A stretch of DNA of 64,000 nt, taken from assembly GCA_944336625.1 (NCBI GenBank), contig CALVLF010000101.1, forward strand, positions 1,029-65,028, written 5' to 3'. The notes under the pieces were generated by a model. The model did no database searches and was not told the origin of the DNA. It saw only the letters and a list, made by a program, of their open reading frames with translations. The stretch comes from an uncultured Clostridia bacterium. Its GTDB lineage: Bacteria; Bacillota; Clostridia; Christensenellales; CAG-138. Below, in pieces: positions 26,447 to 35,528 of this stretch (positions are counted from its first letter, which is position 1; every line of letters begins with the position of its first letter). The position numbers were made by a program, and so were the translations under genes.

Positions 26447-27183
26447 AGGCAAAGTGGAAAGGCGTTCTGGCCTATGAAATAGAGGAAAGCGGCAAGACGC
26501 ACGGCCTGTTTTTCGGGATCATGTTTATTGTATACCTGTCGATCCTGCTCCTTTCCGGCGGGGATATCAGCGGGGGCTCCTTCAGCGGCAGCGCGGAAAT
26601 CTTTTCCTTCGTGGTGGGCATCGTCTCCGTGCGGCAGGATCTGCGCCTTTTCCTGCAAAATGGAAAGGGGCGGCGCACCGTATTCCTGGCCCAGGTGTTC
26701 CTGGCCCTGGGGAATGCCCTGTTCATGGCCTTGGCCCTGCCCCTGTTGGGCATATTGATCCAGGTGCTGGCCTCCACCTTATTCCCCGGCACCTCCGGCG
26801 TTCTTTGGGGGGAGTTCTCCTTCCTATACAGCGGCGTTCAGGCAAGCCTTCCCGTCATGATCGCCCTGGCCTTTCTGGCCAATTTCGCCGTCTTCTTCCT
26901 GGGCATGTGCATCTCCCTGATCTATTACCGGCTGAATAAGCTGGGGAAGCTGCTGGTCTCCCTGGGGGTGCCGGCCCTCATCATCCTGCTGGCCATCCAG
27001 GGGGTCCGCACAGAAAGCCTGCATGCGGTTCTCCGCTTCCTGCTGGATCTCCCCTCCCCCCTGGCCGTCTATGCCGTTATCTGCATACCCGCAGCCTTCC
27101 TGTGCGCCGGGGCCAGCTGGCTCCTGCTACGCCGGGCGCCGGTAACGGGGAGCGGCGCCTCCTCCCTTTCCCTGAAAGGATAA
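26440..27183 (+). CDS. Membrane protein, putative permease partner of the YtrA-type ABC system
   Basis: 247 aa with about 6 TM segments. It overlaps the ATPase stop by 7 nt and has a GAGGAGGAAAG RBS. Confidence 0.7.
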   Translation: MLKAKWKGVLAYEIEESGKTHGLFFGIMFIVYLSILLLSGGDISGGSFSGSAEIFSFVVGIVSVRQDLRLFLQNGKGRRTVFLAQVFLALGNALFMALALPLLGILIQVLASTLFPGTSGVLWGEFSFLYSGVQASLPVMIALAFLANFAVFFLGMCISLIYYRLNKLGKLLVSLGVPALIILLAIQGVRTESLHAVLRFLLDLPSPLAVYAVICIPAAFLCAGASWLLLRRAPVTGSGASSLSLKG

Positions 27184-27218
27184 AGCGGCCATAAGGAAAG
27201 GTTTTGCAAATAAAATCA

Positions 27219-27253
27219 GGGCGGCTGGTATACACCAGCCGCCCCATTTCTAT
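27219..27253 (+). terminator. Rho-independent terminator
   Basis: GGGCGGCTGGT-atac-ACCAGCCGCCC followed by cATTTCTAT. It begins 36 nt after the operon's last stop. Confidence 0.6.
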
Positions 27254-27456
27254 CAAAGGGCACCATTGCAAGGCCGCAGCCGCTTCCTTTTTCTTCTGGT
27301 AATAATCTGCCTTTCCCCTTCCCCTGCCTTTTGTAAATCTGGGTGAAAGGGAGGGGCTGTAGCCTTCATATAAAGCAGCCGTTTTTCCCGGAGGGAAAGG
27401 CCGGACGCCCGACCCAAAAGGCCCCCTTATATAAATAGAACTTTACAGGTCTATTT

Positions 27457-28623
27457 TTACCCTTTATGTAGCTTTTTTATCAAGCGGGCGTGCATATAGG
27501 TCATCAGGCACCAGAGCAACAGTAGATATACCGGCAGTAGGGCGGCGCTGATATGGTTGGCGATAAGGCCAAACAGGGGCGGCATAAGGCTGGTCCCTAC
27601 ATAGGCGGAAGCCATCTGGACGCCGATCATGGCCTGGGAGCGTTCCGGGCCGAAATAATCCGGCGTGGAATGGAGTACGGAGGGATAGATGGGCGCGCAG
27701 CCCAGGCCCATGAGCCCAAAGCCTGCAAGGGCGCTTCCCGGGCCGAAGGAGAAAAGCAGCAGCAGGGCCCCGATTAGAAGGATTCCCTGGCCCAGGCGGA
27801 TCATCTGCAGGTCGCTTAATTTCAGGGTTAAAAAGCCGCTCAGGGCCCGCCCCGCCGTAATGCCCAAGAAAAACAGGCTCGCAAAACCCGCCGCCGTCTC
27901 CGCCCCCATGCCATGGCGCAGCACCAGGTAGCTGCTGGCCCAAAGGCCGGCGGTCTGCTCCAGGGAGCAGTAGCAGAAGAAGGTTACCATGACCTCCCGT
28001 GCCCCCGGCAGCTTCCAAATCTGCCCCAGGGTAAGGGCGCGGGCCCGGGCGGTTTTCCCGCCCTCCTCCCGGGGCCCGCCCTTTTTCCAAAGGGGCAGGC
28101 TGAAAACCATAAGGGCCGTCAGGGCAAACTGCAGCAGGGCGATATAGCGGTAACCCATATGCCAGCCCTGGCCCCCCGTAAGGGCATAGCTCATGACATA
28201 GGGCCCCAGGGAAGCCCCAATCCCCCACATGCAGTGGAGCCAGCTCATATGCCGGCTGGCATAATGGAGGGCTACATAGTTATTCAGGGCCGCATCCACG
28301 CTGCCCGCTCCCAGGCCAAAGGGCAAAGACCAGAGGCAAAGGGCCCAGAAGGAATTGCTGACGGAAAAGCCAAAAAGGCCCAGGGCCGTCAGGAATACGC
28401 TGAAGGCCGTCACCTTCCCCGTGCCAAAGCGCCGGGTAAGCCGGTCGCTCAGAAGGCTGGAAAGGATGGTGCAGCCGGAGCAAAGCATGGAAAGGATCCC
28501 CGCATAGGAAACGGGCACGGAAAACCCCTGGTACATGGAGGGCCAGGCCGCCCCCAGGATGGCATCCGGCAGCCCCAGGCTGATGAAAGCCAGATAGATG
28601 ATAATCAACAGAAATTGAAACAT
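27457..28623 (-). CDS. MFS transporter
   Basis: 388 aa with 12 TM segments. MFS loop motif DRLTRRFGTGK. RBS TAGGAGAAG. Confidence 0.9.
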   Translation of the reverse strand: MFQFLLIIIYLAFISLGLPDAILGAAWPSMYQGFSVPVSYAGILSMLCSGCTILSSLLSDRLTRRFGTGKVTAFSVFLTALGLFGFSVSNSFWALCLWSLPFGLGAGSVDAALNNYVALHYASRHMSWLHCMWGIGASLGPYVMSYALTGGQGWHMGYRYIALLQFALTALMVFSLPLWKKGGPREEGGKTARARALTLGQIWKLPGAREVMVTFFCYCSLEQTAGLWASSYLVLRHGMGAETAAGFASLFFLGITAGRALSGFLTLKLSDLQMIRLGQGILLIGALLLLFSFGPGSALAGFGLMGLGCAPIYPSVLHSTPDYFGPERSQAMIGVQMASAYVGTSLMPPLFGLIANHISAALLPVYLLLLWCLMTYMHARLIKKLHKG

Positions 28624-28743
28624 TCCCGCTTCTCCTAAAAATTATTCCTCAAAAGGATAGCGCCTCATCTCCCTTGCAGCAAGGCATATTTGGCCATATA
28701 ATATAAAAAAACCGCCAAATCCGGCAGCAGGAGGTGCTTTACC

Positions 28744-29715
28744 ATGGCCGTGCAATCCGGCGGGCTCATCCTGGGGCGGGGCGCCCAGGAGCTCCAGCCC
28801 CACGGCAGCCTGGAATTCCCCTGTGCCGCCTATTCCTCCCACCATACGGAGCGCCCCCAGGATACCATTCCCTGGCACTGGCACGAGGAGCTGGAAATCA
28901 TCCATATCCAGGCCGGGCGCATGTCCGTCAAAACCCCGGCGTCTGCCTTTGTGCTGGATGCAGGGGGCTTTGCCGTTATCAATTCCAATACCCTGCACTT
29001 TGCCGCTGCCCAAGGCGCCTGCGACCTCCGCTCCCTGGTGTTCAGCCCGGCCCTGGTGGCCGGCGGGGAGGGCTCCGTCTTTGCCCGGAAATATATCCGG
29101 CCCCTTCTGGCCTGCCCCGGCTTTTCCGGCTACCCCATCGGCCCTGAAGGGGCAGCGGATTTCGCCTGCTGGTTCCAGGAGGCGTTTACGGCCCTTATGC
29201 AGGGCCAGAGGGGCTATGAATTCGCCGTGCGGGACTGTCTTTCCCGCATATGCCTGTTTTTATATGAAAATTTCGCCGGCCAGCTGGGGGAAAAGCCCCG
29301 GGCCCTCCGGCAGGATGGGCTGCGGATCAAGGCCATGCTGGATTTTATCCATAAAAATTACGGGGAGCATATCTCCCTGCTGCAAATCTCCGGCGCCGCC
29401 GGCATCAGCCAGCGGGAGTGCCTGCGCTGCTTTAAAAAGACCATTCAGCTTTCCCCTATTCAGTATCTGCTCAAATACCGGGTCATGCAGGGGGCGGAGC
29501 TGCTCCTTTCCGACCCCGGGCAAAGCATTTCACAAGTGGCTACCAGCTGCGGCTTCGACAGCCCCAGCAACTTCGCCCAGACCTTCCGCCGCTTCTATGG
29601 CTGCGCTCCCCGGGAATACCAAAGGGCCCGCCAGGCGGAGACCCCTCCGTCCCCTTATGATCCCCTTCCGCCGGCAGGGATTCTCCCCCTTGCGCAAAAG
29701 CGCCCAGTTCGTTAG
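28744..29715 (+). CDS. AraC-family transcriptional regulator (cupin sensor plus HTH)
   Basis: N-terminal cupin (HWHEELEIIHIQAGR). C-terminal AraC HTH (SLLQISGAAGISQRECLRCFKK...GFDSPSNFAQTFRRFYGCAPREY). RBS AGGAGGTG. It is divergent from the MFS gene. Confidence 0.9.
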   Translation: MAVQSGGLILGRGAQELQPHGSLEFPCAAYSSHHTERPQDTIPWHWHEELEIIHIQAGRMSVKTPASAFVLDAGGFAVINSNTLHFAAAQGACDLRSLVFSPALVAGGEGSVFARKYIRPLLACPGFSGYPIGPEGAADFACWFQEAFTALMQGQRGYEFAVRDCLSRICLFLYENFAGQLGEKPRALRQDGLRIKAMLDFIHKNYGEHISLLQISGAAGISQRECLRCFKKTIQLSPIQYLLKYRVMQGAELLLSDPGQSISQVATSCGFDSPSNFAQTFRRFYGCAPREYQRARQAETPPSPYDPLPPAGILPLAQKRPVR

Positions 29716-29786
29716 AATGGAATAAGAAACCCTTCTTGGAAACTACCCCCATCTTAGCAAATCGAATTTATACGGAGGCATGGCTT

Positions 29787-31121
29787 ATGATCCAATACAC
29801 CCATTCCATCGGCGTAAAGGTGCCGGAAGTTTTGCTCCCCAGGGAGGATGTGGATATGACCAAGTGGGCCGTAGTAGCCTGCGACCAGTTTACCTCCCAG
29901 CCGGAATACTGGGAAGAGACGGAGGCCATCGTGGGGGACGCCCCCAGCACCCTGCGCATCATGCTGCCGGAGCTCTACCTAGAGGCGCCGGATGTGGACG
30001 CCCGGATCCAAAGCATCAACGACCATATGCGGGCATATATGGAGCAGGGCATTTTGGAAAACAAAGGCCCGGGCTTCGTTTTCGTCCGCCGGCAGGTAGA
30101 TGGAAAGACCCGCCAGGGCTTGATCGTGGCCCTGGATTTGGAGGATTACGACTATACCAAGGGCTCCACCACCCTGATCCGCGCTACGGAGGGGACCATT
30201 GTGGAGCGCATACCCCCCCGGCTTCGCATCCGTAAGGACGCGCCCCTGGAGATGCCCCACATCCTGGTGCTCATCGACGACCCGGGCCGCACCGTTATCG
30301 AGCCCCTGGGGGCCGATCTTGCGGGGCTTCCAAAGCTCTATGACTTCCAGCTGATGCAGGGCGGCGGCCATATCGAGGGCTACCATGTAAAGGACGCGGC
30401 GCAGATCCAATCCGTCCTCCAGGCCCTTGCCGCTCTCATGGAGCCCGGGGCTTATAGGGAAAAATACGGCACGGAGCAGCCTCCTCTCCTTTTTGCCATG
30501 GGGGATGGGAACCATTCCTTTGCCACGGCCAAGGCCAACTGGGAAAGAATCAAGGCGGAAAAGGGCCTTACTGCCCAGGATGACCACCCTGCCCGCTATG
30601 CCTTGGTGGAGCTGGAAAACGTCCACGATACGGGCATCGTATTCGAACCCATCCACCGGGTTCTGTTTCAGGTACCGGAAGGGGCCCTGGGCTGGCTGGA
30701 AAGGAAGCTGGCAGAGCAGAACGGAGCCTGCCGGCAGGAAAGCTATTCCAGCCTGGAAGCGGCCAAGGAGGCTGCAGCCCAGGCAAAGGGCCATGCCCTT
30801 CCCTTTGTAACGGAGGGGAGCGCAGGTTGCTACTTTGTGGAAAATCCCACTGCCCAGCTGGCGGTAGGCACCCTGCAGCACGCCCTGGATGCCCTGCGGG
30901 AGGCTTACCCGGCCTGCGGTATTGACTATATCCATGGAGAAGACGTGGTCATGGACTTGGGGAGCCGGCCTGGTAACCTGGGCTTCCTCCTGCCCCCCAT
31001 GGATAAGAGTGCTTTCTTCCCCACGGTGATATTCGATGGAGCCCTGCCCCGAAAAACCTTCTCCATGGGCGAGGCACATGAAAAGCGGTATTATCTGGAA
31101 TGCCGCAGCATTCTGAAATAG
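29787..31121 (+). CDS. DUF1015 domain protein
   Basis: The motifs WAVVACDQFTSQPEYW, LIRATEGT, GDGNHS and YFxECR match my recollection of the DUF1015 family. Start chosen at ATG 29787 (ACGGAGG 8 nt upstream). Confidence 0.8.
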   Translation: MIQYTHSIGVKVPEVLLPREDVDMTKWAVVACDQFTSQPEYWEETEAIVGDAPSTLRIMLPELYLEAPDVDARIQSINDHMRAYMEQGILENKGPGFVFVRRQVDGKTRQGLIVALDLEDYDYTKGSTTLIRATEGTIVERIPPRLRIRKDAPLEMPHILVLIDDPGRTVIEPLGADLAGLPKLYDFQLMQGGGHIEGYHVKDAAQIQSVLQALAALMEPGAYREKYGTEQPPLLFAMGDGNHSFATAKANWERIKAEKGLTAQDDHPARYALVELENVHDTGIVFEPIHRVLFQVPEGALGWLERKLAEQNGACRQESYSSLEAAKEAAAQAKGHALPFVTEGSAGCYFVENPTAQLAVGTLQHALDALREAYPACGIDYIHGEDVVMDLGSRPGNLGFLLPPMDKSAFFPTVIFDGALPRKTFSMGEAHEKRYYLECRSILK

Positions 31122-31143
31122 CCGGCTCAGGCCGGCATATTCT

Positions 31144-31182
31144 GGGCGGCGGAGCGCCGGACGTTCCGCCGCCCTTTCCTTT
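31144..31182 (+). terminator. Rho-independent terminator
   Basis: GGGCGGCGGA-n11-TCCGCCGCCC followed by TTTCCTTT. It begins 23 nt after the stop. Confidence 0.55.
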
Positions 31183-31209
31183 GACCTGCGCCCTTTTCTG
31201 GAACCGCCT

Positions 31210-32154
31210 ATGATCGAAACGCTTTTCCATTCCGCTTCCGCCGTCATCGTAGTGCTGCTGCTGGCAGGCACCGGCTATTTCCTGGGCCGCATCGGCTATC
31301 TAAAAAGCGAGCATAAGCCCATGATCACCAAGCTGTGCATCAACGTAAGCCTGCCTTGTATGTGCATCAGCAACCTGCTCTCCCAGTTTACCCGCCAGTC
31401 CCTCCAGGCGGCGGCGCCCCTGCTCATCGTACCCCTGCTGGTATCCCTGGGGTGCGTTCTGCTCTGCTTTATTGCCCTGAAATTTCTTCATCTGCCCCAT
31501 AACCGCAAGGGCGTATTCGTGGTAATGGCCGCTTTCAACAATTCCACCTTCATCGGCCTGCCCATGTGCGTGGAGCTTTTTGGGGAGGCAGCTATCCCCT
31601 ATGTTACCTGTTATTATCTGGTGAATACCACCCTCTTCCAAACCCTGGGCATCGCCCTTTTGAGCTGGTCCGGCCGCCCGGCGGAGGCAAAGCCCGGCCT
31701 GGGCAGCCTGCTGCTGGGGCTGCTGAAAAAGCCCCCCATGCTGGCCATTTTCCTGGCGCTTTTCCTGATCTGGTTCGAAATCTCCCTGCCCCCCATCCTG
31801 GAAAGCTATGTGGGTTATATGGGGGATATGGTAGCCCCCCTGGGACTGCTGTATACGGGCTTTGTCATCTATGAGCACGGGCTTCGAAACCTGCGGATGG
31901 AACGGGGCATGGCCCCTATGCTTCTCTTCCGCTTTATCATCTCCCCAGCCATATGCCTGGCCCTCTGCCCTCTCTTTGGCATCGCGGGCCTGGCCCGGGG
32001 GGTATATCTGGTGCAGGCAGCCCTGCCCACCATGACCCAGAGCGTAGTGCTGGCCGGGCTTCTGGGGGCCGATGAGGATTATGCCGCCCAGGGCGCGGCC
32101 CTTTCCACCCTGCTCTGTTTTGCGGTAATTCCCCTTGTCATGCTGCTTGTGTAG
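31210..32154 (+). CDS. AEC-family (auxin efflux carrier) transporter
   Basis: 314 aa with about 10 TM segments. The N-terminus MIETLFHSASAVIVVLLLAGTGYFLGRIGYL is typical of AEC permeases. Confidence 0.85.
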   Translation: MIETLFHSASAVIVVLLLAGTGYFLGRIGYLKSEHKPMITKLCINVSLPCMCISNLLSQFTRQSLQAAAPLLIVPLLVSLGCVLLCFIALKFLHLPHNRKGVFVVMAAFNNSTFIGLPMCVELFGEAAIPYVTCYYLVNTTLFQTLGIALLSWSGRPAEAKPGLGSLLLGLLKKPPMLAIFLALFLIWFEISLPPILESYVGYMGDMVAPLGLLYTGFVIYEHGLRNLRMERGMAPMLLFRFIISPAICLALCPLFGIAGLARGVYLVQAALPTMTQSVVLAGLLGADEDYAAQGAALSTLLCFAVIPLVMLLV

Positions 32155-32211
32155 GTAGCAGCCTATATTTTCTACCGCTCTAGGGCTTGACTCTATACAC
32201 TGCGGCGCACA

Positions 32212-32240
32212 AAAGGCTGCCCCGCTATGGGGCAGCCTTT
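32212..32240. terminator. Stem-loop, possible terminator
   Basis: AAAGGCTGCCCC-gctat-GGGGCAGCCTTT (12-bp stem). The U-tract is limited to the TTT within the stem end, so function is uncertain. Confidence 0.4.
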
Positions 32241-32541
32241 GCCTGTGGAAAAGTTTTTCCAGGTTCCCGTGAATCCTTTGCGCCTGCGGCGAAGATGTTG
32301 CCCGCATGAAAGACGCCGGATGCAGATATTCTGTTTATAGCCCAGCTTCTGGATTGCCTACAAGCTAATCCTGCGGCCATGAGGCCCTTGCTGGTAAGGT
32401 TTTTGCGGATTTGCCGCATATGCTGCTGCTGCAACTTCGGTTATATGCGGTGGATTACGCACCCCAGCCCTCTGAGGGCTTTTGGCCGAGACCTTACCTT
32501 TTCTGCCGCCCACAGCCAGGAATTCGTTGGCGCTGCCAGGC

Positions 32542-33120
32542 TCACCGCTTGGAATCCGCTTCCGCTTCCCGTTTTTTCCGCAAGGCTGCAAAGTGCCGCT
32601 GCCGGCACCGCTCCTCCTCACTGAAAACGCAGCCGCAGTATTTCTGCATATACAGCCCCGCCTCACGGGCAGCCTGCTGCCCGGCTTTAAAGCGGGGGCG
32701 GAAATCCCGGTACAGGAACTGGACGCCGTATTGCTCCCCGGCGGCCTGGGCGATCCGCTGCATGGCCCCGTGATCCTGATAGGGGCTGATGAACAGGGTG
32801 CTGGTAAAGGCCTCAAACCCATGGGCAGCGGCGTACTGGGCCGCATAGCCCAGCCGCAGGGTATAGCAGGTTTCGCAGCGGTTTTCCCAGTCCGGCAGGG
32901 CGGATAGGAATTCCCTTAGGCCATAGTCCCCTGCCTCAATCAGGGAAACACCTACGGCGGGCATATAGGCCCGCACGGCCTCCCGCCGGGCCCGGTATTC
33001 TGTAAAGGGGTGGATGTTGGGGTTATACCAAAGGGCCACCGGTTCTATCCCCTCTTCCCGCAGCTGCTCTATACAGGCCACGGAACAGGGGGCGCAGCAA
33101 ACGTGCAGGAGCACATCCAT
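32542..33120 (-). CDS. queH: Epoxyqueuosine reductase QueH (DUF208)
   Basis: MDVLLHVCCAPCS...CxxCY(TLR)...YCGC cysteine pattern of QueH. RBS GGGAGGGA. The upstream extension of the track ORF was rejected. Confidence 0.85.
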   Translation of the reverse strand: MDVLLHVCCAPCSVACIEQLREEGIEPVALWYNPNIHPFTEYRARREAVRAYMPAVGVSLIEAGDYGLREFLSALPDWENRCETCYTLRLGYAAQYAAAHGFEAFTSTLFISPYQDHGAMQRIAQAAGEQYGVQFLYRDFRPRFKAGQQAAREAGLYMQKYCGCVFSEEERCRQRHFAALRKKREAEADSKR

Positions 33121-33196
33121 AATCCAATCCCTCCCGATCGCTGGCAAAGTGCCTTTTTTCAACAAAAGTAAAGCACAGCCCCTGCATAAAGTCAAG

Positions 33197-33696
33197 GCCA
33201 GCCTCCCCCGGGTCCTGCGCGCACGGCGGCGCTAAGCGCGCGGCTATAGTCGCGCGCGGAAGTTGGCGGGAAGCAGTGGTTTGAGCCCGCGTCTTTCGTT
33301 GTAAGCCGCCCGGCCCCGCAAATCATGGGGCCGGGCTTTTCCCTTCCTCGCGCAGACGGAAGGGCATCCCTTTCTAGCTGCCTTTCCTGCCGCCGGGGCC
33401 CTGGATTATGGGCCCCGGCTTTTTCCGCAGGTGAAGCGGGGCGTTGGTGGAAATACGCGGGGGGCGGCGGGTGCGCAGAGCGCACACAAATGCAGGGCCG
33501 GGGCGCAGCCCCGGCCCTGCATTTGGTTTGGCGGCCCTTGGGGCCGCCAAACGCCGCCGCCCCCTCGCCGGAGTTTTTGCTGACCTTCCTTCCCGGCGGC
33601 AAGGAGCGGAAAAAGCGAGAAGTCAGCCCAGTTGCAAAGGAGCGCAAGGAAGGGCTCTTGCGCCCCCAAGGGCTTTTTGCTTTCCGGTTGGCCCGG
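33197..33696. repeat. Modular multi-hairpin repeat locus R3 (T-H-H-cassette A, forward orientation)
   Basis: T about 33197-33304, H 33305-33340 and 33389-33424, cassette A 33459-33564. A GC-rich tail runs to the putP stop. Confidence 0.9.
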
Positions 33697-35271
33697 CTAG
33701 GCCGGATCCGCCCCGGTTTTCGCCCGCTGGAATTCCGCCTGGATCTCCTGGCTGGGTGCAGGGGTCAGCAGGGATACGATGAGAATAGCCAGGCAGCTGA
33801 GGATGAAGGCGGGGAATAGCTCGTAAATGCCGAATACGCCGCCCAGGGGCTTTAAAACCAAGTTCCAGAAGAATACCATCACGCCGCCAGTGAGCATACC
33901 TGCTATGGCCCCGGCCTGGGTAGTCCGCTTCCAGAAGAGAGAGAAGAGCATGATGGGGCCGAAAACGGCGCCAAAGCCCGCCCAGGCAAAGGATACGATG
34001 GTAAAGATGACGCTGTTCTCATCCAGGGCGATCACCATGCCGATGATGGCGATGAGCAGCAGGATGATCCGGCTCATGGTCATAACCTGCTTATCCGTAG
34101 CCTCTTTTTTCAAAATACCCTTATAGATATTCATGGAGAAAGCGGAGGCGGCTATGAGCAGGTAGGAATCCGAGGAGCTGATGGTGGCCGCCAATATGCC
34201 CGCCATCACCAGGCCCGCCAGGAGGGGGGGCAGCAGATGCCGGGAGAGAACAATGAATACGTTCTCCGCGCCGCTGGCCGTATTGAGGGTTTCATGCACG
34301 GGGAACATGGCCCGGCCTACCAGGCCGATGCACACCGCTGCCCCCAGGGAGATGATTACCCATATGGTAGCGATGCGCCGGGAGCGGACCAGCTCCTGGG
34401 GCCTGCGGATGGCCATGAAGCGAAGGAGTACCTGGGGCATGCCGAAATAGCCGAATCCCCAGGACATGGTGGAAATAATGGTCAGCAGGCCATAGCTGCC
34501 CGCTTCCCCAAAGACGGGTGCTCCATTGGCCACCTGCTGGACCCCGGCGGCATCCACCGTGGGGTTGGCAATGCCGATAAAGGTAAGGAAGCCGGGAATG
34601 CTCCGGGCATTGTCTATCACGGCCCCCAGGCCTCCTGCGGCGGCTGTGCCCACCGCCAGCACCACCGTAAGGGCGAATATCATCACCAGGGCCTGCATAA
34701 AGTCGCTGGCGCTTTCCGCCAGGAAGCCCCCCAGGAAGGTATACAGCAGCACGAACAGGGCCCCCACCACCATCATGGATTGATAGGAGGCGCCAAAGAG
34801 GGTGCTGAAAAGCTTGCCGCAGGTTACAAAGCAGCTGGAAGCGTATACCGTAAAGAAGATCAGGATGAACAGGGCTGCGATGGTCATGATGACCTTTTTC
34901 TTCTCATGGAAGCGATTGGAGAAGAAATCCGGAATGGTGATGGCATCCCCGGCGATGGCGGAGTAGCGCCGGAGCCGGCGGGCCACCAGCAGCCAGTTGA
35001 TATAGGTGCCCAGGGCCAGGCCGATGGCCGTCCATACGGCGTCGCTCAGGCCGCTCCAGTAGGCTACCCCTGGCAGGCCCATAAGCAGCCAGCCGCTCAT
35101 ATCCGAAGCCTCGGCGCTCATGGCCGTAACCCAGGGCCCCAGGGAGCGCCCGCCCAGGAAATATTCCTCGCTGCTCCGGTTGGAACGCTTGGCAAAGTAA
35201 ATGCCTATAACGATGACCACCGCCATATAGCAAACCATGGCGATGAGGATCTGCAGGCTGCTGGAATCCAT
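33697..35271 (-). CDS. putP: Sodium/proline symporter (SSS family)
   Basis: MDSSSLQILIAMVCYMAVVIVIGIYFAKRSNRSSEEYFLGGRSLGPWVTAMSAEASDMSGW is the canonical PutP N-terminus. About 13 TM segments. The upstream 37 codons of the track ORF were rejected. Confidence 0.9.
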   Translation of the reverse strand: MDSSSLQILIAMVCYMAVVIVIGIYFAKRSNRSSEEYFLGGRSLGPWVTAMSAEASDMSGWLLMGLPGVAYWSGLSDAVWTAIGLALGTYINWLLVARRLRRYSAIAGDAITIPDFFSNRFHEKKKVIMTIAALFILIFFTVYASSCFVTCGKLFSTLFGASYQSMMVVGALFVLLYTFLGGFLAESASDFMQALVMIFALTVVLAVGTAAAGGLGAVIDNARSIPGFLTFIGIANPTVDAAGVQQVANGAPVFGEAGSYGLLTIISTMSWGFGYFGMPQVLLRFMAIRRPQELVRSRRIATIWVIISLGAAVCIGLVGRAMFPVHETLNTASGAENVFIVLSRHLLPPLLAGLVMAGILAATISSSDSYLLIAASAFSMNIYKGILKKEATDKQVMTMSRIILLLIAIIGMVIALDENSVIFTIVSFAWAGFGAVFGPIMLFSLFWKRTTQAGAIAGMLTGGVMVFFWNLVLKPLGGVFGIYELFPAFILSCLAILIVSLLTPAPSQEIQAEFQRAKTGADPA

Positions 35272-35528
35272 GATAAATTCCCCCTTTTTTTCCGGTAATG
35301 CCGCCGCCCGCGCCCCTTTGCGGGCTGCCGGCGGGCAGCTGTAATGTAAATTATAACAAAGGGCCTCTTCCGATTCAATCAAAACATCTCATGATATCCA
35401 ATATATTTTTTCATGTATAGGCGTGCGATTCCCGCTCCGCCCACATCTCCCCCCCGGCGCTATTTTCCGCCCATAAGACCCGGCGGTTGTGTTATACTAT
35501 ATGGGAGTAAAGCCAAGGAGGATTGCAT

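Noticed and set aside
29979-31271. 430-aa minus-strand ORF opposite DUF1015
   Set aside because: It is an antisense GC artefact. The plus-strand gene has family motifs and a good RBS.
33459-33564. tRNA or tRNA-like interpretation of the cloverleaf-shaped cassettes
   Set aside because: Arm lengths (6, 18 and 11 bp) and 3-nt loops are incompatible with D, anticodon and T arms. There is no 7-nt anticodon loop, no GTTC/T-loop motif and no CCA-proximal acceptor geometry.
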